This document shows positions 13,327 to 25,684 of a stretch of 64,000 nucleotides of DNA, piece after piece. Position 1 is the stretch's first letter; the number at the start of each line of letters is the position of its first letter. The notes beneath the pieces were generated by a model that saw only the letters and a list, made by a program, of their open reading frames with translations, made no database searches and had not been told where the DNA came from. The DNA comes from Podarcis bocagei (lineage: Eukaryota): assembly GCA_964188305.1 (NCBI GenBank), contig OZ076889.1, one strand, 5' to 3'. The translations under genes and the position numbers were made by a program.

Positions 13327-14062
13327 AAAAAGGACCTAGCAATTGTGGGATCCTCCAGATTTGATTAGGACTGTGTTGAGAGGGTGGGGGTGTTAACTGT
13401 GCTTCCTCATGATATTCCCCCAATGAAGCCACCGTGCTTCCCTGAAGCCTTACCCCCAAAGAGATGAACCACGTAGGTACCACAAAGTCCCCTGTAGAGC
13501 AAGTAACAGCTTCAGGGAGTGCAATTTGAATCTGGAAAATGATACAGGAGGAGCAGAGTTTAAACTCAATGCATTCACAACCTGTCCCCTTCCCCACCCC
13601 ATGTCTAATATTAATATGTTTTAAAAAGGCCTAAAATCATAATCATTAGTCTATCGTTTTAAGTATAGTTGCAACCATAGGCTACCTAAAATAAATGAAG
13701 CTTTTTTTAAAAAGGAGGAAGAGATCCAATTAAATGAATATCAGCTAGGTAAAGAGTTCTATTGATAAGAAGCAATAAAAGTACAGAGCATAAAGATACG
13801 AAACTTAGAAACAGATACAGGGTTTAACAAGCAACAACAAAAATGGAAGAATGCAAAGACTAAAGCGGAGTATATAGAGATATCAAAGATAAGCAGGAGA
13901 TAGAGAGAACAAATTCATATGAAGCAACAGATTCTCGTGAACAGGAACTCCATGTGAAGAAGAGAGAAAAGCAAAGAATCATCATCATATTTACATGCAT
14001 AAAAATAAAAGGGGTGACAGAGTGCAAACAAGAAGTTTAATATACTATGTATATTTGTAGCA

Positions 14063-14414
14063 TAAAGGTAAAGGGACCCCTGACCATTAGGTCCAGTCGT
14101 GGCTGACTCTGGGGTTGCGGCGCTCATCTCACTTTAATGGCCGAGGGAGCCGGCGTACAGCTTCCGGGTCATGTGGCCAGCATGACTAAGCCGCTTCTGG
14201 CGAACAAGAGCAGTGCACGGAAACACCATTTACTTTCCCGCCAGAGCAGTACCAATTTATCTACTTGCACTTTGATGTGCTTTCGAACTGCTAAGTTGGC
14301 AGGAGCAGGGACCGAGCAACGGGAACACACCCCGTCGTGGGGATTCGAACTGCCAACCTTCCGATCGGCAAGTCCTAGGCTCTGTGGTTTAACCCACAGT
14401 GCCACCCGCGTCCC
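14063..14414 (-). mobile_element. Sauria SINE, near full length
   Basis: rc begins GGGACGCGGGTGGCACTGTGGGTTAAACCACAGAGCCTAGGACTTGCCGATCGGAAGGTTGGCAGTTCGAATCCC (A/B boxes) and ends GACTGGACCTAATGGTCAGGGGTCCCTTTACCTTTA (Bov-B-related tail with ACCTTT repeat). Confidence 0.95.
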
Positions 14415-14574
14415 TTTGTCTAACCCTTTGTATATTTATTCAGAAGTCAATGCCACTGTATTCAATGCAAGCTGTACAGTACCACAGCCAAAAAGAGTAA
14501 TATGATAGATAATCCAACCAGGAACAAATTAGAGAACCCACCGAGGTACAAGTAGAATCAACGAAAGGATAGAC

Positions 14575-14945
14575 CAGGATACCTTAAAGTCTGCCTGAGA
14601 CAGATGGAGGCCAAACAACCATGCCTGAGCCCTTCGGTGGCAGCATTGCCGGAGGAATCCTGTTATCTGTCAACTGTGTGAACAAGGCCCACTTGGCATC
14701 TAGAGGAAAAGGGGCACTGAGTGTGGCTGGGCCAGCAATGTGGACTGTGCTGCTGGTGGAAATCCATGCTTGTTATTCTGAGTTACATTTCGAAGGCCTT
14801 TTCAGTTGGATGAATATTTGTTATGTGACTGGCCAGTTCTTTATGAAAGTTTTTGCTCCCCTATATTTCTTAATATATTTGCTGTACACTGCTTAGATGT
14901 TTTCTATATGAGTTCGCGAAACACAAATATTTTTAATGATAAATA
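14575..14945 (+). mobile_element. L2 LINE ORF2 C-terminal/3' remnant
   Basis: Translates ...HLASRGKGALSVAGPAMWTVLLVEI, a degenerate L2 RAFSVAGPxLWNSLP motif, preceded by ggataccttaaagtctgcctg and followed by an A/T-rich tail. Confidence 0.6.
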
Positions 14946-15670
14946 AGCAAACAAGGAAAAGGGGAATAAAGGGGAAAAATTAAATGGCAAGTTCTGCAGC
15001 TTGTGGCAAAACAAGAGGTGCTAACACCACCCGTAAACAAAGGAACAAGAGAAGAGTCTGACTTGAGCAGAGGCTATGAGGAAGCACCAAAAGATTAATA
15101 AGAAATGACAACAGATCAGAGACAGAAAAGAATGAGTGGAATGTGCAGCAAAAATGTTGCAGTGTTTTAGCCAGCCAGCCAGCCATACCCTTTCCTGGGC
15201 ACTCCATTCCACTACCACCACCAGTCAGCATTCTGTGGCCACTGGGCTGAGTCCTCAATGAGCTATTCTGGGGCTTCCCTTCCTTTATATTGTGAACCAC
15301 CCTGAGATTTTCAGATGAAAGGTAGTATATAAATTTAATAAAAAATAAAATAATAATTAGTAGGGTGTTTTTTTTAAAAGTAAAAAAAACCCTATTTCTG
15401 CAAACTGGTGTTTCCCTGAGCCTGCTAATACTACTCTCTTGTGCAAGAGGTGACGCCTCTTCGACTCTGTTGTTATTATTTGGGATACTGTCACAATAGA
15501 CCTGATAATTAAGGTAAAAGACTAAATATTTCCCCTTTGCTCTGTTCTGGGGGCTCTCCTGACCCCTGCCTGAGCCAATTTAGGGGGCATGCAGGGGGAA
15601 GGAGAAGGAGAAAGCCCTATTGTGCAAACAAGAAGTCTGTATACTGGGCTTCTACTGATGGGACTGCTTT

Positions 15671-15908
15671 CAGGCATCCCCAAACTCGGCCCTCCAGATG
15701 TTTTGGGACTGCAATTCCTAGGTGAATCCCAGCCTAAAAAACCAGAAATTTGAGGTATCCTCATATATTGGTTGGTGAGGTGAAGAAAAAGAACTATTAA
15801 GTCAGAGATGGAGAACCAATATTGTTTTATTATAACTCCCATCATTCATGGTTGTTGCCTAGGCTGGCATTAGAGTTGGAGTTCAACATCTGGAGGGCCA
15901 CAGGTTCT
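15671..15908. mobile_element. hAT MITE fragments
   Basis: caggcatccccaaactcggccctccagatgttttgggact... and ...acatctggagggccacaggtt termini. Confidence 0.6.
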
Positions 15909-16594
15909 AGTGGAATTAGTACACAAAGATGAAAACAAAAGAAGATAATGACTGCAAAAACAAGGATACCGTTCAATGAAGAAATAATCAATAGCAATGG
16001 AGGAGGAAGATCAAGACGAATAACAGATAAAGGAAAATTAGTTTAATTAGTTAAAGAAAGTAAAATAATTTGTTGACTAGTAAAATTACAGAAAATAAAA
16101 TTATAACACAGCAAAACAACACTACAATCAGGCAATTTAGAAGAAACTGGATTATATTTAGGCCAACAAGGAAGAATCAAGAGTAGATTGTTGCGCTTTT
16201 TTGTTAACTGGAGAAACAAAAAGCAGGCCTTTCCCTCCTGATTAGGTTGTTCTTGAACTAGAAACTCTATCCAATGATTTTATTACTCTCTGCTGCTTAT
16301 TTTCATTAAGTTTTTACTGTTGCAGTGTTTTTATGAATTTTATGTGCTTTTAATTCATGTTTTATTTCTTTTGAAAGCCACTATAGGAGCTGTGCTAAGA
16401 AAAAAGTGGGTGAGGAGGTAATCCTAAAATTTAAAATAAAATAAGAGGAATATCCCAGCACTACCTGAAGTTTTGAATACAATCCGGAGTATATATTGCT
16501 TTAAGCTTTATGTTCACCTCGCTACGAAAATAGCTTTGACTTCATATTTCTTTTGTTGCATATTATTTTCAAATAATTTATCAAGCTTAGCAAT

Positions 16595-16677
16595 TTGAGA
16601 TTCTTGTATTGCAGGGGGCTGAACTAGATGACCCTCTGGGTCAACTTCCAACTCTACAATTCTATTGTATGATTCTA
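16595..16677 (+). mobile_element. CR1-type 3' tail
   Basis: ttcttgtattgcagggggctgaactagatgaccc...ttccaactctacaattctat. Confidence 0.75.
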
Positions 16678-18559
16678 CCATTTCACAACAGCGTGAAATC
16701 CAGCCACACTACCATAATAATTGTGCAGAAAGCAGCAGCCACAGAGATTTGTGACTTTGTGACAGAGTCCACTGGGTAACACTGACCACAATGGTGTCCA
16801 ACTGTACAACCCAATAATATTCTTAGGTCAACAATGTGTTATTGGAGGTTTCTCCAAATAAAAGGCAAAGCGGTTTGCACTCTGAACTCAAGTGACCAAT
16901 TTGCCATATTTTAAATAGCTCATATTGTTTTGATTTCAAATGTTTGGTGCTCATGGCAAAACGGCTGCTTCTTTCTGAAAAATAACTGGATTCCAGCCCT
17001 ACCATATGTACCTTCTTCTCAGCTGCTCTGGTGTGTGTGACCATAGTGTAGCCGAATAGCTAAACAGGGAAACAATAGCATTTTATTTTCTTCAAGGAAT
17101 AATACTGATAGGAAAGGGTTAATCTAATGAGGATCTGGCAGTGCATATGTCTAATACCATTAGTGCTAAGATACTCAATAGTGGCATAGCCACCAAAGGG
17201 AGGAGTTTGAATTACATTTATTTTTTAACACCCCCCCCCACACCCAAGTGTTATTTGGTCATATATCATTTAGCTACTAATATTTTTTCTAGATTTTTTT
17301 TTCTTTCAGCCTGGATGGTTTTAGTAACCTTAATTAGAGGGGATATAAAGAAAAACACATGAGCATCCCTTTAACAAATACCATAGATCTGTATATTATT
17401 TGTTATTGTCACTTAACTAAATTAAAGTTTTCCCCCTATTATGCAGCTCAACACAAAGCTATTAAAAATAGTTGCCATTATCGGGAAAGCGAATACACAG
17501 GTCACAATCACACATGTGGCTACATTTATATATTTCAGGTGCAATTTTGCCACAATAGATCATGTTTTAGGGGGAAATGGTGGGCTTTCCATAATTTTTC
17601 AAGCACAGCCAAAGAAGATTGTGAGAACACCAACATGCAGCAATCCTCACCCCGTTGCATGGGCCCAATGAGGTATTGACAACATAAACTTTGCAAGACG
17701 AATATGCTCCATTATTTTTTGTTGTTGTTTGCTACACATTCCAGAAGGAGAAAATGCATACAAATTTTAATCTGATGTAATTTTCAGATGCTAATGGAAA
17801 ATTATACTACTAATACTTTATTGGAGAAATTCTAGAATCCTTCATAAAAGCATACAGGGTTGCATTCAAGAGACTTCTGTACTTTAGTAGGAAACACAAC
17901 TAAGATTAAAGAGGTATTTTCTACACCAGAAGATAGCATCATCTCCCCCCTACTTAAGAACTCCACAGTTAATCATGACAACATTAGCAGTAGGTGAGAT
18001 GAATATTCAAAAGCACCAGGCCCTTGCATTGCTTTCCCAAGGATTAATGTTTTGCTCTCAAACCACATACACGACACTAGGAATGCAAACACATTTTAGA
18101 GTCCTAAAATGACAGGCAACTAAGAAGGAAAATATAGAAGTCTGTGGTTTGTCGTGCCTCTGCCTCCAGGTTTAGCTCTTACAGAGGAACCAGTAGCAAA
18201 CACAAGGCATTAATGGAATTCAGCTGATCATACCTTAATTACCACTCAGCTAATAATAGATACCCATAAGAATAAGGGAAATCCCAACATGTTGATCAAA
18301 ACTACAAGGTTGTCCATGCTGGGAGAGGGATTCTATAAAATAAGGTTGCTCTGCTGCTAAAAGCATAAATTTTGCCTAGCAGAATCAGTTACAACCTTAT
18401 TCTTAAAAACTCAAGATATTCTACCTGCATGGTGTTTCCTTCAGCTCAGACCATCACAGTGATACCAAAATGATAGGACAGGACTATCTGTTGGCTGAGT
18501 GTGGGGTGTCCACAGTAGATATTGGGAATGACACTAGACTTTGTGCCATGGAACTAGAC

Positions 18560-18694
18560 CAGCATTCTCCACCTGGTGCCCTCAAGATATTTTTTACTAC
18601 AACTCCTATCATCTCTAACCATTTGCCATGCTGACTGCAACTGATGGGAGTTGTAGTCCAAAATCCCTGGAGGGCATGAGGTTGGGGAAGTTTG
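18560..18694. mobile_element. Palindromic hAT MITE
   Basis: ctggtgccctc...actacaactcctatca / tgatgggagttgtagt...gagggcatgaggttgggga; flanked by Charlie-like ctaga target remnants. Confidence 0.7.
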
Positions 18695-19183
18695 CTCTAG
18701 ATCAAGAAGAAAAGCTCTTAACAAAATCAACATTCTGCTTTAAAAGTTTGGGAAACCAGTTGATGAGTTGCATCTAAATCTAAACCAACAATTTCTTGTT
18801 GGGACCTCATAACTTTGTTCTCCTTCTCAGAGCAAAGTCGTTTTTCCACTTCAGGCTGTCTAGTGAAGATTCCTAATTTTGGAGGAAAGAAGGTGATACA
18901 AAGTAATGGTGTTGGGAGTTATTTTGCCTCCAACTGCTCACTTTAAGAATCTAGGAGATAATGAGAAGCTTTGCAAGTCTCAGGCACCTTGTCACAAACA
19001 TCTTTCAAGGTGGCAGACAAAATTTTATTTAATAAAGCTAACTTTCAAAAAAATGGTCACATTGACAGGATAGGAAATCAGGGGTCTTGCTACAGCACGC
19101 TGCCCTAGAAGATGAATGAACACAAAGCATAACCACCAACCTTTTCATTCATAGTATTTATTGCCCTTCCATACAGGCTGCTG

Positions 19184-19563
19184 AGGACGTGGGTGGAGCT
19201 GCAGTTTACACTGAGCCTCTTGGGCTTGCCAATCAGAAGGTCGGCGGTTTGAATCCCCATGATGGGGTGAGCTCCCGTTGTTTGGTCCCAGCTCCTGCCA
19301 ACCTAGCAGTTCGAAAGCACATCAAAGTGCAAGTAGATAGATAGGAACCACTCCAGCGGGAAGGTAAACACCATTTCGGTGTGCTGCTTTGGTTTCGGTG
19401 TTCTGTTGCGCCAGAAGCGGCTTAGTCATGCTAGTCACATGACCTGGAAAAACTGCAGACAAACGCCGGCTCCCTCGGCCTGCAAAGCGAGATGAGTGCC
19501 GCAACCCCAGAGTCGTCTGTGACTGGACTTAACTGTCAGGGGTCCTTTACCTTTACCTTTTTT
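19184..19563 (+). mobile_element. Sauria SINE, full length with 12-bp TSD
   Basis: ggacgtgggtggagctg...gccaatcagaaggtcggcggtttgaatcccc...gtcaggggtcctttacctttaccttt. TSD tacaggctgctg at 19172-19183 and 19564-19575. Confidence 0.95.
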
Positions 19564-20240
19564 TACAGGCTGCTGTAAAGATGATTAAGCTAAGGAAATG
19601 AAATGGGGAGTAATTTGAAATGTGCAGTATTCCTAAGTGTTATTATTATAGAAAAAGGCACAGAAAGGGTTTGACTTTGAAAAAACCGAAGAACAGATAG
19701 ATTGAGAAGGGTACTTCAAAGGTAGCAAAGAACCTGGGTTAGAACAGGTGCTTGAATGAAACTATTTTACTAGCAGATCACCTGCTGAAAGCGGTATGTG
19801 TGAGTCCCAAGCAGATCCATTCTGCTGAATTTCTTAAGCACAACTGGGACTTGACTTTAGAAGCTATTCAGCTCACCCACAACAAACAGAAGCAAGTGCA
19901 TTGTCAAGAGGACACCGGAAAGATTTATAATTTCACATTTCCCTATAAATAGGAATTAGGTTGAAGGGGGAAAATACTTCTGCAGCTGATTAAAGATGGG
20001 AAAACATTTTAATCTACGTAAATTGTTTATTTTTTTTAGAAGCCACTTGAAAGTCAATACACATGTTTAAAGGAGTCTTGCAATAATAAACATCTAAAGT
20101 TATGGAGTGTGAGTATGTGTATGTGTATGTGTATGTATGAGTGTCTGTCTGTCTATCTCAACTATATTAATTTTACTTAAATAATACAAGTTTATACAAT
20201 ATCCTGATATGTTATTGTAAGGGCCCAGCATTCAAACAAA

Positions 20241-20402
20241 GAAAGCTGTTTTACACTGTCAGGCCATTGGTGCATTTGGTCACTACTGCCTACTACACTG
20301 AGTGGCAGCAATGCGCCTGAATTTCAGGTGGTCAGCATTCCCGGCCGTACCTGAAGATGCTGAGGTTTCAACCTGGGACTTTCTGCATGTGAAGCACGTG
20401 CC
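20241..20402 (-). mobile_element. Old tRNA-derived squamate SINE (degenerate)
   Basis: aagctg..ttacactg.caggccattggtgcat...tacactgagtggcagca...acctgaagatgc...aacctgggactttctgcatg. A related remnant lies at about 47075-47175 on +. Confidence 0.6.
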
Positions 20403-23400
20403 ATTGATGATAAGCATTATTTTTTTTTAAAAAAAATGTGGCAGATTGAGAAAAAACACGGTAACTACTATTACTGGTCCACTAATGTACTGCAGAAGCT
20501 TATGAGTAAACAATGTCACGATGTCTACTGATTCACGTTAGCTGACTGGTTTTATTCAGGTACTGCTAAACATACAGCTTATTTCGTTTAGAGACTAAGA
20601 AATGGTTTAATGACTCCAATGTAGTGTTGACATCCATAGCCTCCTCACAAAACACCCATTAGAAGTGTTCTGAAACCTCAGAAAGTGATGCTTCCAAAGC
20701 CAATAATCAAAAAGGCTCATCTTTCAAGCCACGCTGCCTTCACAGAGCAACCTGCTTTCAGGCCAGAGGGGTGGTTTTTCTAACTCCCAATGCTGTGCAG
20801 ATGTCTCCGATTGGGCTCTAATTCAACATTTGTTGTGGGCAGCAATCCAAGTTAGCCAGGGCCAATTAAAAAACTGCATCTGTATGGCGACACTTCATGC
20901 AGGCAGCCACAACCTTCTGAGGTTCGCTCCCAAATGCATGGAGAATCTCCATAGTAGTAGCTCACGAAAACATGCAAGTAAAGGCAATGGCGATACCCCT
21001 CATAATACCAAAGGGCTGTCCCTGCTCCCCACCATTTTCAGTATTCTAAGCAGCCATGCATAAGTGAACCAAAGTGCTACAACAGTCCTGTCGTCTGTCC
21101 CCCCCCCTTTGTGACCCTGCTACATTCTGGGATACCACCTGGGAATTTATTTGCAAGGCTGCGGAACACCCTTTGTGGCAACTCCCAAGGAAAGATTTGA
21201 AAAACTGGTGCGAATGTGTGACACCTTGGTAAATAAAGAGGACTCCCCCCCCCCACTGGGTCTGAAAGACCCCAAAGCCTAGAATGGAAGGCTTTTGTGC
21301 TCCATTGTAAGTTTGGGGAAACAACCATCCCTCCTTCCAGTCAGAATTGTTAAGCAGGCAATTATCTACAGCCACTGTGGTAAGAAAGGAAATCCTGCCA
21401 AATGAAGATGGTGAAGATGTGTCTGTCAACAGCACTTCCAAGGGTGTTTACATAGGAGAGGCTGGAAGGGTATAGCCCAACAATATTTTCAATTTCAGCT
21501 GTATTTTCTTGTTTCTCCCCTGTTGAGATACTGCAACAATTTTTCAAGTGTTAAATAGCAAGGACTGGCATTTCATTCTATGGTGATGTGGTCCATCAGA
21601 CCCCAAAAGGCTAAAGTAGCAGAAACAAAATTGAAATAATCACACAGTGTTTAAAGCCCCCAAATAAAATTATTCTCTGCACATCAGTTCCTTAAACTAG
21701 ATCAAGCCAGTCACCATTATAAAACAACCTATGTGAAACTTGATTTCTAAAGACGGGCCGCTTGAAAATTACAAGCAAGAACACACACTTAGAATTAATG
21801 TCCAAGCTGAATATCAGTTCCATAGAAGAAATCATGTGAATTTCACTCAGGTATGATACACACTTGTTCCATTTCAGTGTGTATACATGTGGCAGGAAGC
21901 ACCAATTTCTGGCAGGTTCCCAGGGTGACTAACAACTGTGCACACATCATGTGTAACTGCATGTACCTCCCTGAATGTCATTTCCGGCAGGGGCGTGATC
22001 TGTATCCATGTAGGGGATCAGGCTTATGCAATTCAGCTCTTAATCTTACCTTTCCCTCCACATTAATTTCATTTCTGCTTTACCAACAGGATTATAAACT
22101 AGTAAACAAATGCAGCTAGTTAGCATGGGAAAATGCAGGGAGTCAAAGCTCAATAAAATGCAAAAGTGCTGAGGAACACCATCATCGGCTGGCTCCCAAG
22201 GTCTCAATGCATTAGGGGGCAGTGTAGGAACACAAACTTGATAGTGCTTTGTTATGGTGCATCCCTCACTAACTGCTGATGCATAGCTAAAACAGCAACA
22301 GACATTGATTTATGTTCAACTTTCCATTTCATCAGAGAGATTTTTCAAAATGCTACACACAGAGTTCAAAAATCAGCAGGAAAATACACGGCCACCAAGT
22401 GTACAGCAATAACCGTACACAAAGAGCCTGAAAGAACACACAAGGTAACTGAGCATTGCTAGAAAACTCAAAGCACATATAGAATCTCATTTTCCAATCC
22501 CCGCCACTCTCTCCAGAGCAGGGTTAGGCAACTAGATAAGAGTCTGGAACCCTTCAGTGCACCTTACACCATAATGTAAAAGACAGCACATGCCCATCTT
22601 TAACTGCTGCAAAGCCTGCCTTATCTCTGTAGGAGGAGCGGACTGGTTACTAAGGAAGGCCCAGTATCGGCAGCTGGCACTGTTGGGCATTTGCTAGGGC
22701 CCATGGGCTGGCAAGCAGTCCACGGATGATGGCTGACAAAACCCTGAAGTGACCACTTTTCCAGGGAGGAAGCGGAGCAGTTGGCCATCTAGCAGCCTGC
22801 CCTGTTCTTCTGGGGAAATGGGAGGGAGGTAGTCGGGCGAGCAAGTGGCCAGTACTTGGTGGCTGTTACACTTCCTTCTCCTTCACTACCAGCCCGTTCA
22901 CCTGCCTTTTCTAGCTGGGGGCAAAGAGAAAGGAGAGAAGCAGCCTCCGCTATCAACACTCAGGCTAACAGGGCTGGGGAGGCTCCGCCATATACTGAAA
23001 CCCTCCATTTGTGAATTTGGAAAACTAAACTAAAGGTGATAAAAAGTTGAATTGTTTGTTATATTTCTGTCTTTGGGGCATTTTGATTTGCAAATGTTTT
23101 GAAGCCAAAGGGTGCAGCTTCTGACTTCCTTTTATTTAAAAAATGGGTTTTCTTTGTGACACCCCCCCCCCCGGCAAAGAAACTGCAAAGGGAAACATAG
23201 ATAGTTAATAGCTGTATTCTCTGTCACTGGTCTGCAGACCCGCTTGACCTCAGGCCAGACACAAGAGCAGGCATTGTCAGCCGAGCAGTTGCTCTTTTGT
23301 ACTGCCCTAGTTACAAATACAGAAGTTCAAGCAATATCCTTCGTAACCTGGAAAGGACCACATTGGTGTGGTGTGCATGTCATGTTAAACCAAGGTTTGC

Positions 23401-25594
23401 TCTTGGCTTATCACTTCCTGTATGTTTGTTTGGAGGCAAACAATTCACAAGCCTGGTTTCACAATGAGTCACATTTTGGGGCAGCACAGCAGCAGCAGCG
23501 GAGGAGGAGGAGGAGGAGGAGGAGTTAAGCACCCGTGATCTCAGCAGCATGTACCAGCACACTGCTCATTTACATTAAACTATAGTTTACTTTAACTATA
23601 GGTTAATACAGGGTTCCCAATATGGTGCCCATGGGCTTCTATGTGTCTGCAGAGGACTTCTATGGTGCTGAAATCATGTCATCATCTCTGCGCAGATGAA
23701 AGCAGGCTCAAAAGTGTGTCTGGTTGAACCCTGAATTTAGATTTATACTTTCTAAATCTTATTGCTGATTTTTTTATTTGTACTATGTATCTCTGCCCCA
23801 GCACATTCAGACAGAGGGGCAGATTATAAATACCTTTAGTGAATTTATATATATCCCAAATCAAAATGGCCAATACTGTACCATCTAATTGATTTACTGC
23901 TTAAAGGTTCAGCACAGTGTCAGCTTGTTGAACTGTTAAGTTTGGAATACTTGCCCCCAAACAAACAAAAATCCTCTGAAAAACATTGACAAAAGAGGAT
24001 TCTTTCTATCAAACATCTACATATGCTGTACCCAAGGCATACGAAACTTGAATTGCTGGCAGATGTTCCCATCTCACATCTTCTTTCACTTATTTCCACC
24101 AATATAAAAAACTCGCTTAAGCCTCTTTTAGTATCTCAGAACCAAGAGATTCTCTTTTTCCAAGTACGCACATGTCCTACAAATATATTATTCATTTTTT
24201 AAAAAAATTAATACAGCAGGCTAACAAGCCCCATCCACAGAATTAGTAGTTTTAGCATCGTAATCCAGACCATATAACTTTGATAAAAGTATTCATCGCT
24301 CAATACTTTTTTCCTTGCACACAGTCAGTAACTCAAATAAGGTAAAACATACTTCCAGACTACAACCAATATTCATAACTTTTCATAAAAGATTCTTGCT
24401 GATATGTAGCTCTGAAATACTAAAATGAACGTAACTACCGATGACACTGGTAATCAATTAAACCTATGGCTTAATATTCACGTGTCCCTTTTTAATTGAC
24501 CATTGCCACTCATTAGGATGAGGTATCCCAGTGTTCGTGAATTTAAGAAGGTGCTATCCTTCATGGTTACAGAGATTAAAATGTATACATACTAGTCACA
24601 ATATGCCAGGTTACAAGAAATAAAACGGCAACAAACTAAACTTGCTACTTATTAGATCTTATGAATTCTATTGCTTTAAAAATATTTTTAATGAGTTGGC
24701 AGAAGTTTACAAATATTGGGGATTAGCAGTTGCAAACTTAGATCATGTAAGTGCTGGAAATCCTGTGCCTATGTGTAACAACAAAACCACCACCATCAAT
24801 GTGTGGCTTATATTAACTGCATCCTGCAGCTCCCAATGTATCCAACATGGCCCATAAAGGAAGCTCAATTTGCCCAGCCATAACATAACACAGAGAGGAG
24901 GCATTTTGAAGAATTAAAACCTGTTAAAAATCCTGATTGCTTGAAAATCACTGTTAAACCCCGTTCTCTTGTTTCAACCATAAATGTCCTTCACCTTAGG
25001 TGTTGCTCACAAAACTATTACTTGGAAATCACATAAGGCTAAAGGGAAACTTTGCTAAAAGAAGGGAAATTTCAAGGGGAAATGAACTCAACTCCAACAG
25101 GCAGATATTGAGATACTGGCTTTCTCTCTCATTGCCATGACAGGCTGGATGGGTTTCTGCCTGTGGCGAGAGCTTAAGCTGGTTTTGTTAAAAGATTTCA
25201 GTGATGGCAGTTGGAAAAAATCAAGTGGTTAACCAGAAGGAAAAGAAGAAGAATCCAAATCCTGAATGTTTTGAATTACACACAAGCCTGTCATGACCAT
25301 GACCAACAAATAAATATATATATATATTTTTAAGCAGATTTGGAAAATACTGAATTGTAAAAAAACAAAACAAAACGAATCTTGCTTTCCAGACCAGAGA
25401 AAGCTAACACATACACACTGCAAAAACAAAGGTTAAGGGAAACCAAGCAGAATATTACAGCTAATTGGGTACTTCTGGCAGTTTTGTTTAAAAAGTGTCT
25501 CTGAGACTATGATGCATCTGTAAACTACTTAAGAATCCATTCATGCTCATGCATGCAGCAAACAGCAACAAAAGTCAGGAGAGCCAATTCTTAC

Positions 25595-25684
25595 CTGAAA
25601 GAAACCTGGAGGAATGGGTCCCCCTGGCATTCCATCATTTGGAGGAATGTTTCCAAGTACTGGACTTGGTGCTGCAGCTGCACT
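25595..25684 (-). CDS. SSBP3: SSBP3 internal coding exon (90 nt, phase 0/0; exon 5 in mammalian numbering)
   Basis: Reverse complement ttttttgttttgtacag|AGT GCA GCT GCA GCA CCA AGT CCA GTA CTT GGA AAC ATT CCT CCA AAT GAT GGA ATG CCA GGG GGA CCC ATT CCT CCA GGT TTC TTT CAG|gtaaga = [30 protein letters not shown], the segment just after the LUFS domain. [12 protein letters not shown] distinguishes SSBP3 from SSBP2 (PPGDGMPVGPVP) and SSBP4. Confidence 0.97.

Larger units (their letters stand above)
554..25594 (-). other. SSBP3: SSBP3 intron (25,041 bp) between the two exons
   Basis: Bounded by GT (donor gtaaga ending at 25594) and AG (acceptor at 554-555). No other SSBP3-like peptide recognised inside. 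Confidence 0.9.

Noticed and set aside
13700-13930. Purine-rich stretch resembling an L1 ORF1 remnant (similar at about 15920-16180)
   Set aside because: Too degenerate to assign without alignment.
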